DNA from: Octopus bimaculoides
Lineage: Eukaryota
Assembly (NCBI RefSeq): GCF_001194135.2
Contig: NC_069005.1
Location: forward strand, 29,520,194 to 29,581,574
Direction of reading: 5' to 3'
Length of the DNA: 61,381 bases
Shown here one piece after another: positions 12,484-23,471 of the stretch. How positions within the stretch are numbered: the stretch's first letter is position 1; every line of letters starts with the position of its first letter. The position numbers were made by a program, and so were the translations under genes. The notes under the pieces were generated by a model, which searched no databases, had not been told where the DNA came from, and was given only the letters and a program-made list of their open reading frames with translations.

Positions 12484-12666
12484 CTTTTCTCTGACGTTTT
12501 CAAATGAAGATGGCGACACTACAGAAAAACAAACCAAAAAGACATCTGTCTGGGGGTAGCTGAGGGGTCTTAGCCTATCGTAGTCTTCCTGACCAGCAGT
12601 ATCAAACAATCCTAAAGTGTAAGGCTCACCTCCAATCATTACTGTTACTGCATAGTTATCAAACAC
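12484..12666 (-). CDS. CDC42: Cdc42 coding exon 2 (aa 36-96, [13 protein letters not shown]...SFENVREK)
   Basis: ORF 12469-12666 matches Cdc42 switch I/II ([24 protein letters not shown]); acceptor T37-CCTTTTCTCTAG|GTG; donor AAG|GTAAGT; 183 nt, phase 0/0. Confidence 0.98.
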
Positions 12667-12678
12667 CTAGAGAAAAGG

Positions 12679-12716
<38 letters not shown>

Positions 12717-15700
12717 ATAATTAAAGTTAATTAACATAGTTAAGTGTTCAATATAAATGTAATTATATTAGTTTAAGTGTTTCTATAGAACAGAACTCTC
12801 ACCATTCAAATTTCCAACCTAATAGTCCAAAACCATGTTTTTCATGTCACAGAAATGAAATATTATATTAAAGAGAAGGAATGATAGGTTGAGAAAAATT
12901 TATCAATCTGGCAGAACCCTCCCCACACATACACATATCCTGCCACCACTGTTATCTATCTAACTTAGCACGAGGAAGCATTATGGATGAAATTTGATAA
13001 AAGGAAGCAGTGTAAAAGCCAACCAAATGGAATGTATCTGTTCTCGGATAATAGGCTTAATCTATTTAGCTTAACATTTCCACCTGTCTCTTCCTTTGAG
13101 TACCTTAAACAGAGCCTATTGCAAATATCTGAACTAGGCCTTGGGTCTCAGGTTAATAAAATATCTTAATGCACAGTTTTCAACTTGCATTAACCCTTAT
13201 GTCATGGGGGTTTTTTTTCTCTTCCCACCAATCTTCAAAACCCCGAGAACCACTCAGTGTGTTTGATTTAGATATTAACCTTGGCTTTTTCTAGCAGCGT
13301 ACATTTTTGGGCATGTCTTTAGACCATGGGGTTTGAATAATTGGGACTTAATTGAAAGGAAACATTAACTAATGCACATCAATCCTAACTATTGTTATTT
13401 TTCATTTAACAAGAATAATTGCACATCTTAACTATAAGCAGCATGTAGATAAGACCTTTATGTTTTACACAACAAACAAGAATAAACCAAGTCTTCAGAT
13501 TCTTCTATCTATATTTGCAGTCTTTCACTCAAAATGTCTCCACAGAGTTCTCAGTCTTAAATGGAAATTTAACCAATGTTTCAATTGTAAGCCAATGTTT
13601 ATTAATACCTTTTAGTTTTGTTCTTTAGTCTCTGAAAACAGACAACCATTATAAAGGGTCTCTTAGGACAACATGCAACAGAAGCAGCACTGACTTCAAT
13701 TTTACCTTAAACAAAATTTATTCACTTCAGAACTTATCAGTTTCCATGACCTCCACTGATACCATACTTGCTACCAGTTCCATCAACACACAGGAAATTC
13801 TGTGAAATATCACAGCTAAATTTACCCCAGTCCGTTTCAGAGTCAGAAAGGAAACAAAAACCACTCATTTAGCTGGTAGAATTGGTGATAATGTTTAGCT
13901 TGCTGAGGATTCTTTAGAATTTAACAGGAACCCCACCAACTTGAAAGAAATTGCTGTGTTGACTTTAACCAAAAATGTAATACAGAACATGAATTTGTGT
14001 ACTTTTTGCTACAGTGGTAGCACAACAATCGACTAAAAATACTTTGAATTAACTGGATAGATCAAATTGCACAGGCACATACATAATATATGGTCTTTGA
14101 TCCATCAATTCCATGCACAATAAACTTTCTTTGATCCATCAAAAATACGCATGATAAATTCTCTTTGACGTAGAAAATAGATTATCGATAAATAACCTAA
14201 TATATTCTCTTTGATCCATCAATAGCATATACAATTGATTCTCTTTGATCCTTAATGGCTAGGTAGAAAATAAATTGAAAGAGATCACAAACCATTTAAA
14301 CCCCCAGTCTTGTATATTAGATTTCATGTTTGTCAATAGAGAGGTGGGGGAGGTGTGTGTGTATACTTATAGCGTTAAGTACACTAGGAAACAAAACTAT
14401 ATTACTTACAAATATTTTGTTTAATGTCCTGTTTGCTTCCCAGTATATTCAGATGTGTATATATAAACAACTATTGTCTACAAAATGTTTATAGTATTGA
14501 GCATACTTGTATGAAGTACTTTTGAATGAAATTATTGAAACACTGGTATGGCATAAGATTACTTACACACACACATGCACAGCTGCTGAAGAAGGTTATG
14601 GCCATGTGATGTTTATGCCAAGATATTAAGCCTCATGGTAGAACTGACAAAGGTCTGAGATGATTGGCACATTACTGTACTCAAGCAGACTTGTCTGTCA
14701 TGGACAAAGTGAAGTCCTAAAAGCATTATGGCTGTGTCCATACACTGACCAGGCCCAATAACCAATCTGTCCCTGTCAAGTTTTCCCCATCTCATCTTCC
14801 TAACGTCTATTCCTCTTCTATCAATGGCACTATTTTGCACATATTCCACCCCCTTTGTGCCATGAGTTCTCCACCCCCTTCTCTTGCAACCATTTCTTTT
14901 GACACCCCCCTCTTTTTCCCAATCCCCCTCTCCTGCTTCTCACTTTATTTTCACTGGTCACCCCTTTTTTGTGCAGACACCATTCGTTTGTCTCCACTTA
15001 GAATTTCCACACCTCATCTTTACACCCTCATGTATCTGCTATCACGTAACTGGATGTGGCCAGTTTAAACATAAAACAGGTAGAATATTTCGGCTGGATA
15101 CTAAAGGGCTAAATATCATAATATCATTTTAACCCTTTGTCTGTCCTGTGTACCATGCCCCATGTACCACCTGACAACCAGTATTGGTTTGTTTACATCC
15201 CAGTTCAACAAAAGAGACCGATAAAATAAGTACCAGACCCCTCTCCCCCCCAAAAAAGAACAACTAAGTACTGTGGTTGGTGCTCCAGCATGACAGCCCA
15301 ATTACTGAAACCAGTAATATAAAAAATGGAATTATAACTGTTGTAAATGCCTGCAAACAGAAATGACACCAAAAATATCTAAACTTCAATACTGCAATAT
15401 TTCAATACCCTAACTACAAACCAACGAGAGATCCTTTTCTGAGAGAGTAAAAAAAAACCTTAAATCACACACTACAGTCTCAAGTTACTGAATGCTATAA
15501 TTTTCTCTAGCTTTACTTAAAAAAAAAAAAAAAAAAAAAGTGCTCATGGGGCTGGGATAACTTCGATTATAGGTCAATTCTCCAATGGATGACCAAAGGC
15601 TAAACAGACCGACCGACTCACAAAAGAAATATCTTATGCAGATATGTTTATAAAGTTATTAAGAGGAGATACCACACATGCATTGTCTGCTACACATACG

Positions 15701-17645
15701 TGAACCCCCTCTTCCTCCATCAAATGCTTCACTTATAAATAATACAAGTTTGAATTATTCTGAATTATAGAGATACTGACTCTAGTTGGCCTACGTAGGG
15801 GTGGAGAGAGAGAGTATTTCAGAAAGATATTTTATAAGAGACAAGCTAGCTTTAACAGACAGACTGACTATGTATCTGTCTGTCCTGCTTTTTAAAGCTA
15901 GGGTGTGAAGACTGACAACGACTGCTACTACTTATAATGGGGGTAAACTAACTACCAACCTAACTAGGTTAGTCTGATATTAAGTAGTTTTTCAGTTCTC
16001 CTGGGAGGACAGCATTCAACAGTCAATTAAGACTTTTTCTTTTTCTTTCCCTTTCAGTAGAAAACTTATATTAAGTTAATTGATAGACATTCCTGAGTTA
16101 CTCGTCAACATCAATAACATTACTATTAAATACTATAAGAGATGGCCTGGTTTTTTCTTTAGTCAACATCTCACTCAAGTGAAGACAGATTGACTGGGCG
16201 AGTGTGCGAATATTAAAGTAAGCCAGTTTAATAACTACATTCAAGTTTAAAAATAGAGAGAGAGAGCTTTTCTAGCTGTTTAGATCAGGGATAGATTGAG
16301 TAAACTAAAATACAATCTAGCTGGGAACATCCCTTCTTTTTAGGAACATCTAGAACTACAGCGTCCAATGTGTTCTTTATTTAAGATGGTAGGTTCTGAC
16401 TTGAGGAAGAGTTGGCTGCTATTTCTAGTTGGTTGAGCGACTATTTAGAGTAGAAGACCCCTTGTTGGTTTGAATTTTCTAAGTTTGTAGTACATATGTA
16501 TTAAGGATTTTGTCAAAATTGGAAATTAGAAACAAAGAAGTAAAATAAAATAAAATTTCCATATTTGTAGGACAGATGGAAAATATGGGGCATTTACCAG
16601 TAACCAGAAACTTATATACTGAACTTTGAGAAAAAGAGAGAGATTATTCTTTTAAGTAATAACATGCATTTTTTTTAATTAGAAATATTTGAAGATGATG
16701 ATGATAATAACAACCTAATTGATAGAATATTTCTTGGTAAAAAAGTCCTAAAATTTTCTTTAAAAAAGAATCAGTAAACAGCTAAATTCTAAATATAGTT
16801 TGAAATTTTGGATAACTTTTGTGCCGAGAAGGGGGGAGTAACATCGAGATTATTGTGTGTGTGAGAGAGAGAAAAGTTTTTATATCCAAACCCTAGAACA
16901 GTTTTGCTATAAAATTTCTGCTGACACAGAAGAAGACCACCATTAGTTTCTGCATCCTGTAGTTGTGCAGTTAACTATCTAAATTTTAAACAAACCTCGA
17001 TTCCCAAGTTACAGACAGCTGAATTACCAGCCCACCCAGAGAAGACAGCAGATAGGAAGAAATTAATATTTTAATTAGTTTACGTAATTAGTGACATGTG
17101 ATCTCCACAGAAAATTCAATAACAGAGCAACTTTAATATCCGAGAGAAATGACTACCACCACCACCACCACCACTATTACTACCACTACTATGAAGTAGT
17201 GGTACCTAGCAGATGGATGCTCCAAGATAAGCTGATTCAAGGGTAGAGAGTGAGGTGGGGTGTCAAAAACATACACCAGAAAAATGCTGTGAAATTGGTC
17301 AGGTCCTTTCAACTACATTAACTGATAGAAATATTCAACATTTTAATGTAGAAATTCATAAAGTTTCACAAATTTTTCTGTATACAGTAAAGTGTGTGTG
17401 TGTGTGTGTAATCAACTTAACGAGTAGCAGAAAGGAAGGCAGCTTTTATATCTTCCATCAATTAGGCCAGAGAAAGGACAATCGAATTAGTGTGTAAGAG
17501 TGTGTGTGATGCAAGCAACTGAACTGCAGTAGCCTTCCCAAAAGATAGCTTCTCTCCAGCGCCTTATCTGTTCCTCCAAAGAATTTCTCTTGATAACAGA
17601 CCTATTACACTGGCACCAATCATACCCTCCTACCACAATGCACAG

Positions 17646-17684
<39 letters not shown>

Positions 17685-18149
17685 CTAAGGTTTAGAGATT
17701 TATAAATAGCCAAAATAATGTAATCAGTTTATTTCTATAAATATAAAATATCTAAATTTTACCCTCAACTAAGGCCTAACTGAATTCTTTTGTTTTTAAA
17801 TCTACAGAAAGCTAAACGGTTTTATCATTTGAGTCTTAAAAAGGTAAAGTATAATATTTTAGGAATTGGTAGAAGAAATTCAAATTAAAAAACATTACCT
17901 AACATGATTAATTAAGCAATTAACATTGAACAATATTTTTTTTCTTTCTTCTAAAGTTATTCCTGGAAGGTGAGTAATGGCCATGATCTTTGGAAGACCT
18001 TCTTCTCAGACTGGTTTAGGAACTGGAACATTGAGGGGCCAAATTCTAATTTATGTGTGTTGCGGTTTGCTATCAATAAATAAATAAATACTATAGAGCC
18101 TAGTGCATTGATTTGCCCTACAATGTTGCAACTATAATGGCCTGTTTCA

Positions 18150-18310
18150 TGGATCTGATTGGTCTTGTACCACCACCTTTTAGGCACATCCAGCCTACCC
18201 GTCTCCCTCATCTCTTGCCAACATCATTTCTCCTCCTCTTCGACTCTACACTAACCACCAGCCCCAGTATGTCAGAACCTTCCGCACTGCTTATGTTTTT
18301 CCAATATGTG
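18150..18310 (-). mobile_element. Possible decayed LINE (RTE-like) ORF2 3' end
   Basis: Minus translation ...DILGLVVSVESKRRRNDVGKR* resembles the VEGKRRRGRPRKRW tail of RTE-type ORF2; weak. Confidence 0.3.
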
Positions 18311-18509
18311 TTGACCTACAACAGTTTAAAACAGATCAACTTTATTGATCCAACTGAACTGGTCTCAGAGAGCCTGTAAAGGACCATGGACTGTGCCCCT
18401 TCCACTGGACTCAGAGAAATAAAAATCCCATTCAAAATGTTATGAAAGGATTAATGTTTACATGAACTATAATCCTATCTTTTACTGGTTTCATTCAGGC
18501 TGCAGCTGT

Positions 18510-18780
18510 GTTGGGGCAGTGCCCCAAAGGGTGTGGCCAAACAAATTGACCTTAGTACTTTTTTCTAAGCCTACCTATTCTATTGGGATCCTTTTTGCTA
18601 AACTAAGTTGCAGAGTGGCAAACACACACACACAAAAGGTTTATTTTGAGTTTCCATCTACCAAATTCATTCACAAAGGTTTAGTTGACTCAGTGCCATA
18701 GTAGAAGGCACTTGCCCAAGGAGTCACAGAGTGGGACTGAACCTGGAACCAAGCTTCTCACCATGCAGTCAATGCCTGCA
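18510..18780 (-). mobile_element. Family-A SINE, diverged
   Basis: TAGTAGAAGGCACTTGCCCAAGG...GTGGGACTGAACC is the reverse complement of the A head. Confidence 0.7.
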
Positions 18781-19953
18781 CCCTGCTGTCAAATGCTGAA
18801 GGGAAAAAAAAAAAAAGAAAATTTACTATTTCAAGTTGATTTTCTGCAGCAAGTTCTTTTAGCTGGAGGCAACAAGAAAAAGAAACTGGATCCACAAAGC
18901 AGATAAGGAGGACTAAATAAAAAAAAAGTTCTGGGAGGTAAGGAACTGCAATGAGTCATCAGCCATTCATAGAGATGTGAAAACTTAACACTCCTACATN
19001 NNNNNNNNNNNNNNNNNNNNNNNNNNNNNNNNNNNNNNNNNNNNNNNNNNNNNNNNNNNNNNNNNNNNNNNNNNNNNNNNNNNNNNNNNNNNNNNNNNNN
19101 NNNNNNNNNNNNNNNNNNNNNNNNNNNNNNNNNNNNNNNNNNNNNNNNNNNNNNNNNNNNNNNNNNNNNNNNNNNNNNNNNNNNNNNNNNNNNNNNNNNN
19201 NNNNNNNNNNNNNNNNNNNNNNNNNNNNNNNNNNNNNNNNNNNNNNNNNNNNNNNNNNNNNNNNNNNNNNNNNNNNNNNNNNNNNNNNNNNNNNNNNNNN
19301 NNNNNNNNNNNNNNNNNNNNNNNNNNNNNNNNNNNNNNNNNNNNNNNNNNNNNNNNNNNNNNNNNNNNNNNNNNNNNNNNNNNNNNNNNNNNNNNNNNNN
19401 NNNNNNNNNNNNNNNNNNNNNNNNNNNNNNNNNNNNNNNNNNNNNNNNNNNNNNNNNNNNNNNNNNNNNNNNNNNNNNNNNNNNNNNNNNNNNNNNNNNN
19501 NNNNNNNNNNNNNNNNNNNNNNNNNNNNNNNNNNNNNNNNNNNNNNNNNNNNNNNNNNNNNNNNNNNNNNNNNNNNNNNNNNNNNNNNNNNNNNNNNNNN
19601 NNNNNNNNNNNNNNNNNNNNNNNNNNNNNNNNNNNNNNNNNNNNNNNNNNNNNNNNNNNNNNNNNNNNNNNNNNNNNNNNNNNNNNNNNNNNNNNNNNNN
19701 NNNNNNNNNNNNNNNNNNNNNNNNNNNNNNNNNNNNNNNNNNNNNNNNNNNNNNNNNNNNNNNNNNNNNNNNNNNNNNNNNNNNNNNNNNNNNNNNNNNN
19801 NNNNNNNNNNNNNNNNNNNNNNNNNNNNNNNNNNNNNNNNNNNNNNNNNNNNNNNNNNNNNNNNNNNNNNNNNNNNNNNNNNNNNNNNNNNNNNNNNNNN
19901 NNNNNNNNNNNNNNNNNNNNNNNNNNNNNNNNNNNNNNNNNNNNNNNNNNNNN

Positions 19954-20428
19954 CTTTTGCTGAACCACTAGGCTATAGGGACATAAACAAACCAATACTG
20001 GTTCTCAAGTGATGGAACAAACAAATACAATATATATAACAGGCTTCCACAATTTCTGTCTACCACTCACAAGGTATAAGTTGGCTCTGGACCATAGAAG
20101 ACACTACTGCCTTGAAGAATTTTTAGCCAAATGAATCAACCCCAGTATTTGTTTAAATTTTTTAAGCCTGGTCCTTATTCTATTGGTCTCTTAACTGCTA
20201 AGTTACAGGAACGGAAACACACCAGCACTGGTTGCCAAGCAGTGGTGGGGAACACAAACACTACAGGCTTCTTTCAGTTTCCACCTACCAAATCCACTCA
20301 CAAGGCTTTGGTCAGCCCAAGGCTATATAGTAGAAGTCACTTGCTCAAGTTGCCATGCAGTGGGACTGAACCCGAAACCATGTGGCTGGGAAGCAAGCGT
20401 TTTACCACACAGCAACATCTGTGCCTGT
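19954..20428 (-). mobile_element. Two adjacent family-A SINE copies
   Basis: Reverse complement of A body (CTTTCAGTTTCC...ACTCACAAGGCTTTGGTC...GGGACTGAACCCGAAACCATGTGG). Confidence 0.75.
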
Positions 20429-20496
20429 GTTTTTGAACATGTATGATTTATACACGTTTTCAATTAGACTATAATCAGTAGATTGACAGTTACAGT

Positions 20497-20715
20497 TTTA
20501 CCCTTTTAGCATTTCAACTGGCCATATCCAGCCCAAATATTCTACCCATTTTATGATCACCATTGGCCTTCCATACTTACTCAACAATGTCATTCTAAAA
20601 ATCAAAAAAAAAAAATCATCAAAATCTCTAAGCTACAAGATAATGCATGATAAATTCAAAATGTGAATAAATAAGCATTGCATTTGACAGAGGAATCTGA
20701 ATGCAAAAGGGTTAA
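20497..20715 (-). mobile_element. piggyBac-like MITE family E (opposite orientation)
   Basis: CCCTTTTAGCATTT ... AATGCAAAAGGG|TTAA; body is the reverse complement of the 10225 copy. Confidence 0.75.
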
Positions 20716-21469
20716 TAAACTAAAGATCGTACAGAAATACGACTTTCTACAAGTATGGAGAAAGAAGAAAAAGAAAACCAACCGGATGTAAGACAATCTC
20801 ATTTTACAGAACATTTAGTGCTTTATTTATAACCTAATTTAATAAATGTTTAAATAAACCAAGTATTTCAAGATTGCTTATATGATATGTGTATGTGTGG
20901 GCGGACAAAATTTGACTGGATGCTTTCTTGTAAATACACATGGATTGATAGAATGCTAGCGAGAGTTCAAACCATACTTGGGTTAGCGAGGTTAGCTGTC
21001 TTTCATTTTTAAAAAAATAATACTGATATCAATCTAACTATGTCCGCTTCCTACAGAACTGTGTCATGGCCATTAGCGAAAACCACAGTGACCAAGTGGA
21101 TTGTTAACATTTGACACGCTAACTTAGGGTTCAACAAATTTCTAATATCAGTGACCCATGTGAGGTAAATTTCTTTAAATTACTTTGTTGACCTGTTCTA
21201 GCTCAATTGGATAATATGTATCCTACTGCGAGCATCACACAGATTAGATCTACAATCCTGAAAATAGTTTCAGAACCCTTTTGCTTTTTACAGTTTAGTC
21301 AGGAGAAAGAAAGGTAGAGTACACAACCCTTTCCAGGACATACAAGACTACTAGGAGACAGATATCCCTGATGCCTGGTTCAACCAATTGCAACAAAATG
21401 AACTCCATTAAAAACCGTTAAGCAAGGTGGTGGTGGTGATGAGGTTGAACCAAACAATGACTAAATTTA

Positions 21470-21502
<33 letters not shown>

Positions 21503-21506
21503 TCTA

Positions 21507-21719
21507 CAAGGGGGTGCTGAAAAGTTTCTGGGTTGGGTAAAAGAAAATACAGGATCAGTTAATTATGATTTTATTCAACATACTTTTCTATCAGATTCAC
21601 ATGTTTATTGCAGCGATCCTTCAGTTTTTCTAAGCCCTGTAAAAGAACTTGGAAGTTTGGGCCTTCAACCGGGCCTTTTGTAATTCCCTTAAAGCCAGGA
21701 ACTTTTCAGCACCCTCTCA
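21507..21719. mobile_element. Tc1/mariner-type MITE
   Basis: TA-flanked; about 26-bp TIR GGGGGTGCTGAAAAGTTTCTGG / CCAGGAACTTTTCAGCACCCTCT. Confidence 0.75.
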
Positions 21720-21736
21720 TATATATATAATATATA

Positions 21737-21950
21737 TAGGAGGAGGTACAGAAAAGTTCCTGACTTTGGGTAACAGCAAATATAGGAGGATCAGTTAATT
21801 ATGATTTAACTCAACATATTCCCCTCAGATTCACACTTATTGCAATGGTCCTTCAGGTTTTTGAAACCATTTAAAGAACTTGGAAGGTTGGGTCTCCAAC
21901 CAGGCCTTTCACAATGCCCTTAAAGCCAGGAACTTTCCAGCACCCCCTCG
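21737..21950. mobile_element. Second copy of the same mariner-type MITE
   Basis: Colinear with 21507-21719; right TIR GCCAGGAACTTTCCAGCACCCCCTCG. Confidence 0.75.
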
Positions 21951-21954
21951 GTGT

Positions 21955-22290
21955 GCTGTAGGCTGGAATGGAAAATGGGGTTAACAGGATGTCAGACACA
22001 TGATGTCCACCTACAATAAGCTGAGAGAGTAGAGTAAGGCTGTAAAAGAATCAGCTGATGTTTGCCCGAGAGATTACTATGCTGGCATAAGACATGTGAT
22101 GATGTGATAAATGGACAAGGAGCGCAGAGTACAACAGTTAAAAAAAAAAAAAAATTGTGTTAGTGGCATCTTTGAGTAAGATGCGAGAAGGGGTGTGATG
22201 AAACTCGTGATGCTGAGCCTTGAAGATGACAGACAAATCAGTGGTAAAATTCCATATGATAGATGAACCCATGCAGCAATGGAAGTAAAA
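21955..22290 (+). mobile_element. Decayed RTE-clade LINE 3' end
   Basis: CTA TGC TGG CAT..CAT GTG ATG ATG..ATG GAC AAG GAG resembles LRWYGHVMRMD; ends AACCCATGCAGCAATGGAA, like the family-G SINE tail. Confidence 0.5.
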
Positions 22291-22370
22291 TGGCTTTTCA
22301 CATAATAATAATGTTGGGTGCAAAAGAGTACATTCTTAATTAGCTTTTAGCTATGATTATCTACATTTCA

Positions 22371-22763
22371 GTGGAGGCGCAATGGCCCAGTGGTTAGGGC
22401 AGTGGACTCGCGGTCATAAGATTGCAGTTTCGATTCCCAGACCAGGCGTTGTAAGTGTTTATTGAGCGAAAACACCTAAAAGCTCCACGAGGCTCCGACA
22501 GGGGATCGTAGCGAACCCTGCTGTACTCTTCCACCACTACTTTCTCTCACTCTTACTTCCTGTTTCCGTTGTGCCTGTAATTCAAAGGGTCAGCCTTGTC
22601 ACACTGTGTGTCACGCTGAATCTCCCCGAGAACTACGTTAAGGGTACACGTGTCTGTGGAGTGCTCAGCCACTTGCACGTTAATTTCACGAGCAGGCTGT
22701 TCCGTTGATTGGATCAACTGGAACCCTCGACGTCGTAAGCGACGGAGTGCCAACAACAACAAC
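22371..22763 (+). mobile_element. Full-length family-C tRNA-derived SINE with 12-bp TSD
   Basis: A box TGGCCCAGTGGTTAG, B box GTTTCGATTCC, (CAA)n tail; TSD ATCTACATTTCA at 22359-22370 and 22764-22775. Confidence 0.9.
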
Positions 22764-23304
22764 ATCTACATTTCAATAATCTATAATAACAAACACGAAA
22801 TTCTGTCTGTCTGTCCGTCCGGGACCCTTGTAATCTCAGTCTACATTTGCTCTACATAGACAAATACCTTTTGGGAATCAGGATGCCCTTCATTTGGTTC
22901 TTGGCCATCCAGCATTGGAATCAGGTCTGGATGAGGATTTGTTATGAGCTAACAGTTGAAAATTCAGATTTTAAAGGTAATCTCAAAATTTGTGAACTTA
23001 CAAGTTTTTCATTTAAACTGAATTTAAAGTAATATATTCTTGTTTTATTATTCTTGTTTTCTTTAGGTTCCGGGTAATAGGCCCAATTAGCCCTCCACAA
23101 GAGTGCACAAGAGTCAGAACGACATATTCATTCTTAATACATTCCAGCAAATATGAACATGAATATTTTAAACAAAGGGCAAAAAGTTTTGTTAGATTTA
23201 TTAGTCTGAGGTAGCTTTGACTGAGGAGACATGACAAGGTTGAAACAGCAGGTGTCCCAAAATTCCTCAACCCTAATGAACCGAATGTGTTATGAGTAAT
23301 TTTA

Positions 23305-23471
<167 letters not shown>

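Noticed and set aside
7140-12495. K-to-R differences from human Cdc42 (R94, R128, R153) as genomically fixed editing events
   Set aside because: Conservative changes; ENVREK is recalled from other invertebrate orthologues and R153 is CGT, not reachable from a Lys codon by A-to-G.
14094-14251. CRISPR-like repeat-spacer appearance (also the 47738 array)
   Set aside because: Eukaryotic intron, no cas genes; linkers resemble each other (decayed minisatellite) or are absent.
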